Shown here one piece after another: positions 19,236 to 28,618 of a DNA stretch of 64,000 nt. Every line of letters starts with the position of its first letter. Within the stretch, counting starts at the first letter, position 1. The translations under genes and the position numbers were made by a program. The notes below the pieces were generated by a model. It ran no database searches. It was not told the origin of the DNA and was given only the letters and a program-made list of their open reading frames with translations. Source of the stretch: Rubripirellula sp. (GTDB taxonomy: Bacteria; Planctomycetota; Planctomycetia; Pirellulales; Pirellulaceae); the NCBI GenBank assembly GCA_965216875.1, contig OZ244207.1, positions 2,496,001 through 2,560,000 of the forward strand, in the 5' to 3' direction.

Positions 19236-22200
19236 ATGAACGCAACCGAAACCAAAAAGATCGGACCAGGATACGTGCCGATCCCCGGATACACGCTCGA
19301 GGAAATGCTCGGTCGTGGGGGATTTGGCGAAGTCTGGCGCGCTGATGCCCCCGGTGGACTGAAGAAGGCGGTCAAGTTCGTGTTTGGTTCTCAGGATCAA
19401 TCACGTGCTTCGCGCGAGCTTCGGTCGCTCGAGCGCATCCGAGGCGTGCACCATCCGTTCCTGTTGACGCTGGAACGTTTTGAAATCGTGGAAGACCAAC
19501 TTGTGGTCGTAACGGAACTTGCCGACGGTTCACTTGAAGACGTCTACAAACGCCATCGAGAACATGGCTCGTGTGGGATTCCGCGCGACGCTTTGATTTC
19601 GCACCTGCAAGACGCTGCCGACGCACTCGATTACCTTCACGAGAAGTACCAGCTTCAACATCTCGATATCAAGCCTGGCAATTTGCTCACAGTGGGCGGC
19701 CACGTCAAAGTCGCCGACTTCGGGCTTCTCAAAGACTTGACCGAGGCGGAGTGCAGCATTGTCGGCGGCCTGACCCCGATCTACGCACCGCCGGAAGTGT
19801 TCGACGGTAAGCCAAGTCTGCACAGCGACCAGTACAGCTTGGCCGTGATGTATCAGGAGTTGCTGACGGGAACGCGACCATTCAGCGGGCGGACCATCGC
19901 CCAGCTCGCGACGCAACATGTTCACAGCGCGCCCAACCTCGAAGCCCTTCCGCCAAGCGATCGGCCGGTTGTTGCGCGCGCCCTGGAAAAGGACCCGACG
20001 CGTCGATTCGACAACTGCACCGAGTTCGTCAACGCGTTGCATAGCCCGCGCACCCGAACCGTCGTCATTTCGAGCGACGACCTTGAAGACCAAGGCGAAG
20101 CGCCGCAAGTTGTCGAGGACTTGCCACAGCTTGGTGGACACGACAGTGTCAGCGAACATGTTCGAAGTCATGCGTTGGTCGTTGCGCTCGGTGGGACGGG
20201 TGCGGACTGCTTGCGCGAATTGCGACAACGATGCTGTGACCTGCATTCGGCGACGCCCATCGATTTGCACGGCGTGCTGATTGATACCGATATCGCAACG
20301 TTGCATTCGATGCGTGTTGGGGAAGCCTCCGAACGTGTTACCAAGTGCGTTAACATCCATATCCCACTTCGGAGCGCTCACGACTATCGTCAAGAGGGAA
20401 CGGATCGACTTGGCACCATCTCGCGCCGTTGGATCTACAACGTCCCGCGAAGCCGTTCAACAGAAGGGATGCGACCGCTTGGTCGTCTTGCACTGGTCGA
20501 TCATGGTCAAGACTTCATGCGTCAGCTCGCACAAGCGGTTGAACAACTGAAACAATCGGCCGGAAGCGAAAAGCCACGCATTTATGTCGTCGGCTCCCTT
20601 TCCGGCGGGACAGCGAGCGGAATCTATATCGATGTCGTCCACGTGTTACGACATCTGCTTGACCAAGCCGGCATGGAGGAAACCGAAATCCTTTCGATGT
20701 TGTCGGCAACTGAATTCCGAGCCGACCCCGCATCACCACTTGCTCTGCACGACACCCATGCAGCAACAATCGAGCTGCAACATTTCATGCGTCCCGGAAA
20801 CAGTTACCCCGGCGACGCCGGTGCGGGGTTCCCAAGCGTTCCCGCTGCACGGTCGCCGCTAAAGAACCTTTACCTCGTCGCGATGGGGCCTCGGTCGAGC
20901 GCAACACCTTCACCGGTCAATGCGATTACCGACTACGTCTGGACGGACGCGAGCGGCGGTGGTGACTTGCTTGCTGCCGCGCGGAAAATCGCATCCGACG
21001 ATCGTTCCAGCGCCGTTGGCGAGCCGATGCTTCGCTCCGTCGGACTGGTCGCACTTGGCGTCGCGAGATCGCTCGAGCAGAAACTTCTTACGCCAGCGAC
21101 CGTCAAGGTCATGCTGGTACGATGGCTGGGACTGCCGTCGACGGCGCGCGACCTTGCCGCTCCGGTCGCCGACAGGCTGATTCGCCGATGCGCCATCTCA
21201 AGACAAGCCTTCTTCGATGCCACGCTTGACTTGTTGGGCGCCGACGAGGACGAGCGCACCGACCGACTGTCAAATCATTTGATGAATTTGCCGAAGTCAG
21301 TCCTTTCGGATGATCACGAACTTGGCGAGAACATCTACCAACTACTGCGCAGCCACAACAGCGTCGAGCATGACTTGATGCTCGAGTCGGTACTGACCAA
21401 TCTGCGTCGCGAGATTTCGGTATCGCTGCATGATGGCCGCGTGGACATCACGACCGTCGTCGAAACGCTCAAGCTGCTGATCCAATCCGCAAAGGAACTC
21501 CCGATCGAGGCCGAACTGGTCGACGAGGAAGGCGCCGAGCAAGACGAGCCGCCAATGAACCCAGCGGCGCAGCGTCAGGCCCGACAGCATCGCATTGTCG
21601 CCCAACAGGTCGATCGCATTGCATCGGAACGATTGAATCGCTTGTGCGCCACCCTCGCCGCGCTCCAGGCAAGTTTCGAAACCTTCGCGACGAGCTTGGC
21701 GATGGCCATCGTTCAAACAACCAAAGAACAATCCAACGAAGCCAATCCCTGGGACGAGATGCCAGAGGAAATTCAGGCCCACCTCGAACCCACCCTTGAA
21801 AAGCTGCATGAACTCGCCGGCACCCGCTGGCTCCTCCGTCCATTGACTGACGGCTCTGGCGTCGACGCAAAAGAAATGGTCGCGGACATGACCGACGAAG
21901 CGATGCCGCTGGTTCGGGAAATCTTTGGCGATGGCGAGTTTCAAGACGACACCGACAGTGAAGCGCTTTCGCAATCGATGACGCTTACCGACATGACCGT
22001 CGCGCTGCCCGGCATCGCCGACCCGATGGGCGAATCAACGCTGGTCACGCAGGCACTTTCTTCGACAGGCTTCGCTACGAAGCATACCGAGGGCCCGCTA
22101 CCGGTCGAACAAGCAATCCGCGCCGTTCGCCCTGAACTGCTAGCGCACGGCGGACAACAACGCGTGCTCTTGGTTGTGGGAACAGAAGCCGAGCAAAAGC

Positions 22201-22394
22201 AGCTCGAGCCCAAAGTTCGCGAGCTCTTCGATGGCGCGTTGACCGTCGCAATGATCCCCGGTGCAACGCCCAAACTGATTCACGAGGCCCAGCAAATCGA
22301 ACTCAAGCAAGTTCTCGCGGCACTCAATCGCCTCAACGGCGGCAATGCCCAGATCACGTCGCGTCTGATCACACGCACCGACGTCAACTGGTAG
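19236..22394 (+). CDS. Ser/Thr protein kinase fused to an FtsZ/tubulin-like domain (Tubulin_2/FtsZl1-type) and a helical C-terminus
   Basis: Kinase: LGRGGFGEVW, AVK, HLDIKPGN, DFG, YAPPE, SDQYSLA. Tubulin-like: LVVALGGTG, LIDTD, RPLGRLAL, VVGSLSGGTASG. Confidence 0.9.
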   Translation: MNATETKKIGPGYVPIPGYTLEEMLGRGGFGEVWRADAPGGLKKAVKFVFGSQDQSRASRELRSLERIRGVHHPFLLTLERFEIVEDQLVVVTELADGSLEDVYKRHREHGSCGIPRDALISHLQDAADALDYLHEKYQLQHLDIKPGNLLTVGGHVKVADFGLLKDLTEAECSIVGGLTPIYAPPEVFDGKPSLHSDQYSLAVMYQELLTGTRPFSGRTIAQLATQHVHSAPNLEALPPSDRPVVARALEKDPTRRFDNCTEFVNALHSPRTRTVVISSDDLEDQGEAPQVVEDLPQLGGHDSVSEHVRSHALVVALGGTGADCLRELRQRCCDLHSATPIDLHGVLIDTDIATLHSMRVGEASERVTKCVNIHIPLRSAHDYRQEGTDRLGTISRRWIYNVPRSRSTEGMRPLGRLALVDHGQDFMRQLAQAVEQLKQSAGSEKPRIYVVGSLSGGTASGIYIDVVHVLRHLLDQAGMEETEILSMLSATEFRADPASPLALHDTHAATIELQHFMRPGNSYPGDAGAGFPSVPAARSPLKNLYLVAMGPRSSATPSPVNAITDYVWTDASGGGDLLAAARKIASDDRSSAVGEPMLRSVGLVALGVARSLEQKLLTPATVKVMLVRWLGLPSTARDLAAPVADRLIRRCAISRQAFFDATLDLLGADEDERTDRLSNHLMNLPKSVLSDDHELGENIYQLLRSHNSVEHDLMLESVLTNLRREISVSLHDGRVDITTVVETLKLLIQSAKELPIEAELVDEEGAEQDEPPMNPAAQRQARQHRIVAQQVDRIASERLNRLCATLAALQASFETFATSLAMAIVQTTKEQSNEANPWDEMPEEIQAHLEPTLEKLHELAGTRWLLRPLTDGSGVDAKEMVADMTDEAMPLVREIFGDGEFQDDTDSEALSQSMTLTDMTVALPGIADPMGESTLVTQALSSTGFATKHTEGPLPVEQAIRAVRPELLAHGGQQRVLLVVGTEAEQKQLEPKVRELFDGALTVAMIPGATPKLIHEAQQIELKQVLAALNRLNGGNAQITSRLITRTDVNW

Positions 22395-22401
22395 CCGCAA
22401 C

Positions 22402-23304
22402 CTAGGCGACAGCCGCTTCACGCTCGAAGAACGCCCATTGCGGGTGCTTGAAGAGAAGATTGTCATAGGCGTAACTGGCGGCGATGTCGTGTCGCTGCAT
22501 TTCGCACCTACGATAATCGTAAACTTCGTAGCCAAGGTCTTGCAGGAAGGTCACGTTTTCGCGACAGGGCTTGTTGCCAGTCTTTTGAGTGATCCCGTCG
22601 CCCATTTCGAGACTGATCGCAGGCCGTGAACGTTGGATAATCTCCGCCATCCCTTCGAGGATCGGTCCCTCAGCGCCTTCGGCGTCAATCTTCAAAAAGT
22701 CAGGGTCGCGATGATCGCTCGCGAACTCGTCAAGCTTGACCGCAGGCACCTTGATCATTCGCCCGCTGACGATATGGGCCGGATCCACGCTTGATTGGTC
22801 GTTGACAATGAAATTGACCGAACTGCCGTTGAGCCCTTGATCCCAAAACGAAATCTCGCCAGATTCGCGAAAGGCTGCGACATTGTGACACGAAATGTTT
22901 TCGCGGCGTTCGGCGTTGGATGAAAGAACGCTGTAGGTGTTCGAAGTCGGTTCAAAAGCGAAAACATGGCCCTCATCGCCAACCAAAGCCGACGCAAGCA
23001 GGCTGAAATATCCGAAGTGGGATCCGACGTCATAGACAACCATTCCCGGACGCAGGACGTCAATGAACATGGAAGTCAAATCAGCTTCGAAGAAACCACT
23101 CTGCCCGATCTTGGAAGACACGTATTCGGGATAGACGATCGTCATCTTCTGGCCCCAAAACAGCTCCGTTTCGCGACGGCGTGGGCGGCCCGTCCACTTG
23201 GCAACCTTCTTGGTCACACGCCAGTCGATCCAGCGGGGGAGCCGATTGAGGGTTGATTGGTGGCGACAGTTTTCCCAAAGTCGGCTTAGCTCAGTGCGGT
23301 CCAC
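22402..23304 (-). CDS. FkbM-family methyltransferase
   Basis: YDVGSHFGYFS, VFAFEP, FLKIDAEGAE. Confidence 0.9.
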   Translation of the reverse strand: MDRTELSRLWENCRHQSTLNRLPRWIDWRVTKKVAKWTGRPRRRETELFWGQKMTIVYPEYVSSKIGQSGFFEADLTSMFIDVLRPGMVVYDVGSHFGYFSLLASALVGDEGHVFAFEPTSNTYSVLSSNAERRENISCHNVAAFRESGEISFWDQGLNGSSVNFIVNDQSSVDPAHIVSGRMIKVPAVKLDEFASDHRDPDFLKIDAEGAEGPILEGMAEIIQRSRPAISLEMGDGITQKTGNKPCRENVTFLQDLGYEVYDYRRCEMQRHDIAASYAYDNLLFKHPQWAFFEREAAVA

Positions 23305-23528
23305 GGCGTCGATTCCGAATGTCTTGGTCGAGAAGTGCGGGAGGTTCTGTCACGGAGCAAACCAAAAATGGCCCGCTTGTGTCAATGTGAATCGAGCGTC
23401 GGCATCCCCCGTTTTCTCGTCTCGGTCGGCCTTGAGAATTCCACAGCCGCAACGCAAACACCGCGGCTGATTATTGGCTACAATTTGCCGTTCCCACCTC
23501 CACCCAACTCCTCCAATCCTCCGTAGCC

Positions 23529-23834
23529 ATGATGGCGATGACGATGTTTTTGTTGGCTGACAACTACGCCGAAGCTGCAACCATTGCGATCGCTGGCATG
23601 CTGATCGTCGGTTGTGCCCTCACCCTAATCAGCTTGTTCATTGCGGCCCTTCCCAAGGTGCTCGGGCTGATCGAAAAGCGATGGCCCGAAGTCGATGACG
23701 GCCATGGCAACCGCAGCCACCCCGAAAGCCAAGTGCCCGACGACGGAGCCGTCTTGGCCGCGATCGGATTTGTGCTGCACACGGAGCTGCAAAAACAGAT
23801 CGACCAAGAACAGTCCGCTTCGAAATCGAAGTAG
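23529..23834 (+). CDS. oadG: Na+-translocating decarboxylase gamma subunit
   Basis: Single TM (GMLIVG.AL), AVLAAIG motif; precedes oadB. Confidence 0.8.
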   Translation: MMAMTMFLLADNYAEAATIAIAGMLIVGCALTLISLFIAALPKVLGLIEKRWPEVDDGHGNRSHPESQVPDDGAVLAAIGFVLHTELQKQIDQEQSASKSK

Positions 23835-23884
23835 CAACGTGAGATGAAGACAAGAGCGCATTGAAGGGTTTCGAAAGGACGTAG

Positions 23885-25051
23885 ATGGATATCCTCCGTG
23901 AATTCTTGAGCACGACGGGCTTTGCCACATTGACGTTTGGCAACGCCGTCATGATCGTGATCGGCATCGCCTTTATCACCTTGGCGATCACCAAGGACTA
24001 CGAACCGCTGCTGCTTGTGCCCATTGGCATGGGTGCTATCGTCGGCAATATCCCCATCGTCGAGGGGATGTCGATGTCGGTGTACGACATGCATCAGTTC
24101 GTGCTTGAGGGAGACGAAGTCAAGTATGAAATGGGTAGCGTGCTGAGCTACCTTTACTTTGGGGTCAGCTACGGCATTTACCCGCCGCTGATCTTCCTTG
24201 GCATCGGCGCGATGACCGACTTTTCGACGATGCTCTCCAATCCCAAACTCGTACTGCTTGGCGCTGCCGCACAAATCGGAGTCTTCTTGACGTTGTTTGG
24301 CGCAGTCGGACTCGGTTTCGATCTGCTCGAAGCGGGAGCAATCGGAATCATCGGCGGCGCCGACGGCCCAACGGCGATCTTCCTGGCATCAAAACTTGCG
24401 CCCGATCTGCTTGGTGCGATCGCGATTGCCGCCTATTCCTACATGGCGCTCGTGCCGGTCATCCAGCCGCCGATCATGAAGCTGTTGACGACGCGCGAAG
24501 AACGGCTGATCCGGATGAAGCCACCGCGTAACGTTTCCAAACGTGAAAAGATGATCTTTCCGATCGCGGCGTTTCTGATTTCAACCATGATCGCGCCAGG
24601 CGCGGTCGTTTTGCTTGGCATGCTGTTCTTTGGCAATCTGCTCAAGGAAAGCCTTGTCACCGAACGCTTGGCTGCAACCGCCCGAGCCGCGATGATCGAC
24701 ATCGTCACCATCCTGCTCGGTTTTTCGGTCGGTGCGAGCACTCAAGCCCAAACATTCCTGACCCGCGAATCGCTGCAGATCTTTGGTCTGGGCGCCCTCT
24801 CGTTTGCCGTGGCGACCGCGGGTGGTGTTCTGTTCGCCAAGTTCATGAACCTCTTCCTGAAAGAAAAGATCAATCCGCTTGTTGGCGCCGCGGGCGTTTC
24901 GGCCGTCCCTGATTCGGCCCGCGTCGTTCAAATGGTTGGCCAGCAAGAGGACCCCCACAATTTCTTGTTGATGCATGCGATGGCACCAAATGTTGCCGGA
25001 GTGATTGGGTCGGCGATTGCCGCGGGCGTGCTTTGGTCTGTGCTTACGTGA
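23885..25051 (+). CDS. oadB: Na+-translocating decarboxylase beta subunit
   Basis: YEPLLLVPIG, GAMTDF, GIIGGADGPT, AGVSAVP, HAMAPNVAGVIGSA. Confidence 0.95.
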   Translation: MDILREFLSTTGFATLTFGNAVMIVIGIAFITLAITKDYEPLLLVPIGMGAIVGNIPIVEGMSMSVYDMHQFVLEGDEVKYEMGSVLSYLYFGVSYGIYPPLIFLGIGAMTDFSTMLSNPKLVLLGAAAQIGVFLTLFGAVGLGFDLLEAGAIGIIGGADGPTAIFLASKLAPDLLGAIAIAAYSYMALVPVIQPPIMKLLTTREERLIRMKPPRNVSKREKMIFPIAAFLISTMIAPGAVVLLGMLFFGNLLKESLVTERLAATARAAMIDIVTILLGFSVGASTQAQTFLTRESLQIFGLGALSFAVATAGGVLFAKFMNLFLKEKINPLVGAAGVSAVPDSARVVQMVGQQEDPHNFLLMHAMAPNVAGVIGSAIAAGVLWSVLT

Positions 25052-25112
25052 GCCACCTCGATTGAAGAATTGATCCAAAAAGCGGCGACTGCTTGTAAGA
25101 AGGAAAAGCAAC

Positions 25113-26948
25113 GTGTCGAAGAAGAAAGTCAAATTCATGTGCACCGCGTTCCGCGACGGATTCCAGTCCGTCTTCGGAGCCAGAGTCTTTACGCAAGACT
25201 TTTTGCCTGCGGTCCAAGCGGCGCGTGACGCCGGCATCACGTGGTTCGAAGCGGGCGGCGGCGCTCGATTCCAGTCGTTGTATTTTTATTGCAACGAAGA
25301 CGCCTTCGCGATGATGGATGCTTTTCGCGAAACGGCGGGCCCCGATGCCGATTTGCAAACGCTGGCTCGTGGCGTGAACGTCGTCGGACTCGATTCGCAA
25401 CCGAGCGACATCGTGCGTCTGCACGCGCAACTGTTCAAAAAGCACGGGATCACCACTATTCGCAACTTTGACGCGCTCAACGACGTCAACAACCTGATCT
25501 ACAGCGGCAAGTGCATTGTCGAAGCCGGCTTGAAGCACCAAGTCTGCGTCACCTTGATGGAACTGCCGCCAGGTTGCGAAGGGGCTCACGACGCCGCCTT
25601 CTACACCAAGACACTGCGTGAAATCTTGGACGCCGAAATCCCATTCGACGCGGTTTGTTTCAAAGACGCGTCGGGAACGGCCGTGCCTTCGAAGGTCTAC
25701 GAGACGATCAAAGAAGCACGCAAGATGTTGCCCGAAGACACATTCATTCACTTCCACACTCACGAAACAGCAGGCGTCAGCGTTCTTGCCAACAAAGCTG
25801 CTCTCGACGCCGGCGCCGACGCGATCGACCTTTCGATGGCTCCCTGCTCGGGCGGAACGTGCCAGCCCGACATCCTTGTGATGTGGCACGCCCTGCGCGG
25901 TTCAGACTACGAACTTGATGTCGATGTGGAAAAGGTGCGTGAAGCCGAAGAGGTCTTCAAGGACTGCATGAAGGATTACTTCTTGCCACCCGAAGCGACC
26001 GCGGTCGAACCACTCATTCCGTGGAGTCCCATGCCGGGCGGCGCGCTCACCGCGAACACTCAGATGTTGCGTGACAACAACATCATGGAAAAGTACCCCG
26101 AGATCATCCTGGCGATGAGCGACGTGGTGCGAAAGGGCGGCTACGGCACGTCAGTCACGCCCGTGTCACAATTTTATTTCCAACAGGCCTTCAATAACGT
26201 CATGTTTGGGCCCTGGAAAAAGATCGCCGAACCCTACGGCAAAATGGTACTCGGGTACTTTGGTCGCACACCCGTTGAACCCGATCCCGAAGTCGTCGCG
26301 CTCGCCAAAGAACAGCTCGAGCTCGAACCAACGACCAAACCGGTCCTGGAACTGAACGACGCCGACCCCACCAAGGGCGTGGACGTCGCAAAAGCCGATC
26401 TTGAAAAAGAGGGCTTGCCGATCACCGATGAAAACATCTTTATCGCGGCTGCTTGTAAAGACAAAGGAATCAAATTCCTTAAAGGCGAAGCCGAAATTGG
26501 CGTCCGGAAAATTGACCGCGAGGCGGAAGCGGCGGCGGCAGCTTCGACCACCGCCAAGCCTTCGAGCGGGCCAGCCGAATACACTGTCACGGTCAACGGC
26601 GAAGACATCTACATGGCCTTCGAAGGCAACATGGTGACGGTCGATGGCAAAGTCTATCGCGTTGCGATTCGCCCTGAAGACAAAACCGCGTCGCCCGATT
26701 CGAGTGGTGGGGGCAGCGGGGGCGGAGGAAAAATCACAGAGGTCAGTTCCCAGATGCCCGGCGCCGTCTACAAACAACTCGTCCATGCGGGCGACCACGT
26801 GCGAGCCGGTGAGCCGATGTTGATTCTTGAAGCGATGAAAATGGAGATGGAAATCCAGTCTCCCGTCGATGGAACGGTCGACGAGATTCGCTTTGCCGTC
26901 GGCGATCAAGTCGCCACCGGCCAAGTGCTGGCGACTGTCCGCTCCTAG
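25113..26948 (+). CDS. oadA: Oxaloacetate decarboxylase alpha subunit (carboxyltransferase + biotin carrier)
   Basis: FRDGFQS, FDALND, FKDASG, HFHTH, PGG, VTPVSQ, biotinylation motif EAMKM. Confidence 0.92.
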   Translation: MSKKKVKFMCTAFRDGFQSVFGARVFTQDFLPAVQAARDAGITWFEAGGGARFQSLYFYCNEDAFAMMDAFRETAGPDADLQTLARGVNVVGLDSQPSDIVRLHAQLFKKHGITTIRNFDALNDVNNLIYSGKCIVEAGLKHQVCVTLMELPPGCEGAHDAAFYTKTLREILDAEIPFDAVCFKDASGTAVPSKVYETIKEARKMLPEDTFIHFHTHETAGVSVLANKAALDAGADAIDLSMAPCSGGTCQPDILVMWHALRGSDYELDVDVEKVREAEEVFKDCMKDYFLPPEATAVEPLIPWSPMPGGALTANTQMLRDNNIMEKYPEIILAMSDVVRKGGYGTSVTPVSQFYFQQAFNNVMFGPWKKIAEPYGKMVLGYFGRTPVEPDPEVVALAKEQLELEPTTKPVLELNDADPTKGVDVAKADLEKEGLPITDENIFIAAACKDKGIKFLKGEAEIGVRKIDREAEAAAAASTTAKPSSGPAEYTVTVNGEDIYMAFEGNMVTVDGKVYRVAIRPEDKTASPDSSGGGSGGGGKITEVSSQMPGAVYKQLVHAGDHVRAGEPMLILEAMKMEMEIQSPVDGTVDEIRFAVGDQVATGQVLATVRS

Positions 26949-26967
26949 CCCTCCATCGAGTGTTCTT

Positions 26968-27170
26968 GTAGGCCGGATCAAGGAGCGACAGCGACGCAGA
27001 TCCGGCAAGCTCTCAACGCTACGGACTTGAACTGTGAGTCCACCGGAAGAAGCTCTTGCCAGAGCCTCACACAACTGCGTTGAAACTCGTGCAAGCGGCC
27101 AGGCCTTAGTCCTAGTTGCCAGTGTGCAAGGGCGCGAGGCCTCACGGCCAGCGGCTCACAGGCAGTGCGT
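26968..27170. repeat. Family A REP (26968-27007) followed by a degenerate copy of the 48684 MITE
   Basis: gctacgga..tccacc..ctcacacaac..gcggccaggcctt..caagggc.cga.gcct.acggccagcggctcac.ggca is collinear with 48686-48845. Confidence 0.75.
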
Positions 27171-27442
27171 CGGCTGCGCAAGAGGACTCTTGGCCGCAGA
27201 GTTTTCCCCGCGGATCGCACTGGTCTTTCTCGCCATGGTTGTATCGACTGTATCGCTTCTACGGCGGCAACGTGTGCGTCCTTGGAACGGCAAGTGTGCG
27301 ACATTGTCAAAATGTCTGAATCGTTTGGCGCGGCAAAGATGTGACGTAGTGTTGGGCAGTTGGCAGTGCGGGTAAAGGCCGCCAACGACGTTGCCGCGAA
27401 GGCGAAAACTCGACGGCAACAGAAGCGATTAGGGGTGATACG

Positions 27443-27790
27443 ATGATTCTGAATTCGGGAGACGTCGTGCTGGTTTCGCACCGGCGGATGTTTGAGCGAG
27501 ATGAAGTGCGGTTCTTTTTGGGTCGCACGGTCGTCTGTGAAGGACCGTTGCTTAAAGCAGAAGGTTTTTCGTTCGTTCGTGACCTTTCGAACGGGCACAT
27601 CATCAAGAAAGACGAGAAGCGTTTGAAGCTCCTTTCGCTCGATTCTCCAGGCCATATCGTTTACCAATTGCCGGGCGACATCGACGTGGACAAAGTCGAC
27701 ATCGAAAGCGGCAACGGAGACGCGTTCATGGTCGAAGGGGATCGAAAGATTTTGAACTTGTCCGAAAGGACACATTGCGGACGATTCTAA
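27443..27790 (+). CDS. Small conserved hypothetical protein
   Basis: 115-aa ORF with GGGGTG SD-like site and protein-like composition (HRRMFE..RFFLG..EGFSFV). Confidence 0.7.
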   Translation: MILNSGDVVLVSHRRMFERDEVRFFLGRTVVCEGPLLKAEGFSFVRDLSNGHIIKKDEKRLKLLSLDSPGHIVYQLPGDIDVDKVDIESGNGDAFMVEGDRKILNLSERTHCGRF

Positions 27791-27916
27791 GAATTCGATC
27801 GTCTTCAAGGTAGTGAAAGCGAAGCGCCCGCGCTGCTCCGAGGTGTTGCGTTTGATAGAAGGTGCGTTGGGCGCTTCGCTTTTGCTACCCTGAAACGATC
27901 CCGCAACTCAAGCTCG

Positions 27917-28420
27917 TCAGCGACGAGCTTTCTTTTTGGCCGCACGCTTTTTGGCGGCTTTCTTTTTGACACCCTGTTTTTTGGTCGCCTTCGCCGCAAC
28001 CTTCTTAGTCACGCGTTTTTTGGCAACCTTTTTCTTCGCCGAACGTTTCGCTGTTTTCGGATTCGCTTGGCCGTCGATCTGCGCAACAAGATCCTTGTGG
28101 ACCAGCATCCGATAGCTCTCAAGCGTCCAACGCTCGAGCACTCCCTTAGGTAAGGCTTTGCCGAGTGGAAATTCGACCTTTACCCAACCGCCCTTTCCCA
28201 CGCTAACGTTTTCAGGGAATTTGGCCGCGAGTTTCTCTGCTTCTGGGATCGAATCCCCAAGCTTGACCATGACGTTGTAGCTGTCATCTTTCTCGCCGAC
28301 AAAAAGATAGCTCTTCTTGCGAGCCTTGTAGGCACTCTTGTTGCATGACACACCTTCTTCTGCCTCAGGCAATCCGAGGGCCACGACTCGCAGTGCCTTC
28401 GCGACGTCAACTTTAGCCAT
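27917..28420 (-). CDS. MmcQ/YjbR-family protein with Lys/Ala-rich histone H1-like C-terminal tail
   Basis: LGLPEAEE, VGKGGWV, WTLESYR; tail AKKKVAKKRVTKKVAAKATKK...KKAAKKRAAKKKARR. Confidence 0.82.
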   Translation of the reverse strand: MAKVDVAKALRVVALGLPEAEEGVSCNKSAYKARKKSYLFVGEKDDSYNVMVKLGDSIPEAEKLAAKFPENVSVGKGGWVKVEFPLGKALPKGVLERWTLESYRMLVHKDLVAQIDGQANPKTAKRSAKKKVAKKRVTKKVAAKATKKQGVKKKAAKKRAAKKKARR

Positions 28421-28618
28421 CCCAATATTCCTAGCGTTGTTAAGAGTTCATGGTTGACGAATGAAGGGGCGTCGATCGGCGGGGTTTGTGAAAATCGAGG
28501 GCGGTCTCGGCCGGATCGACCATCGTCCAAGCACGACGGTGTTTCTTCTTCGTCCGGAGCATTAAGATATCAGCGTTCCGCCACTCTGTCGCGCTCCAAC
28601 GGTATCGAGAAATCCAAC

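Noticed and set aside
19236..22394. Calling this gene ftsZ or a division gene
   Set aside because: Only the N-terminal GTP-binding motifs are recognisable; there is no dcw context and no FtsZ C-terminal peptide.
26978..27808. 276-aa minus-strand ORF
   Set aside because: It spans the REP/MITE remnants and the antisense of the 27443 gene; composition is not protein-like.
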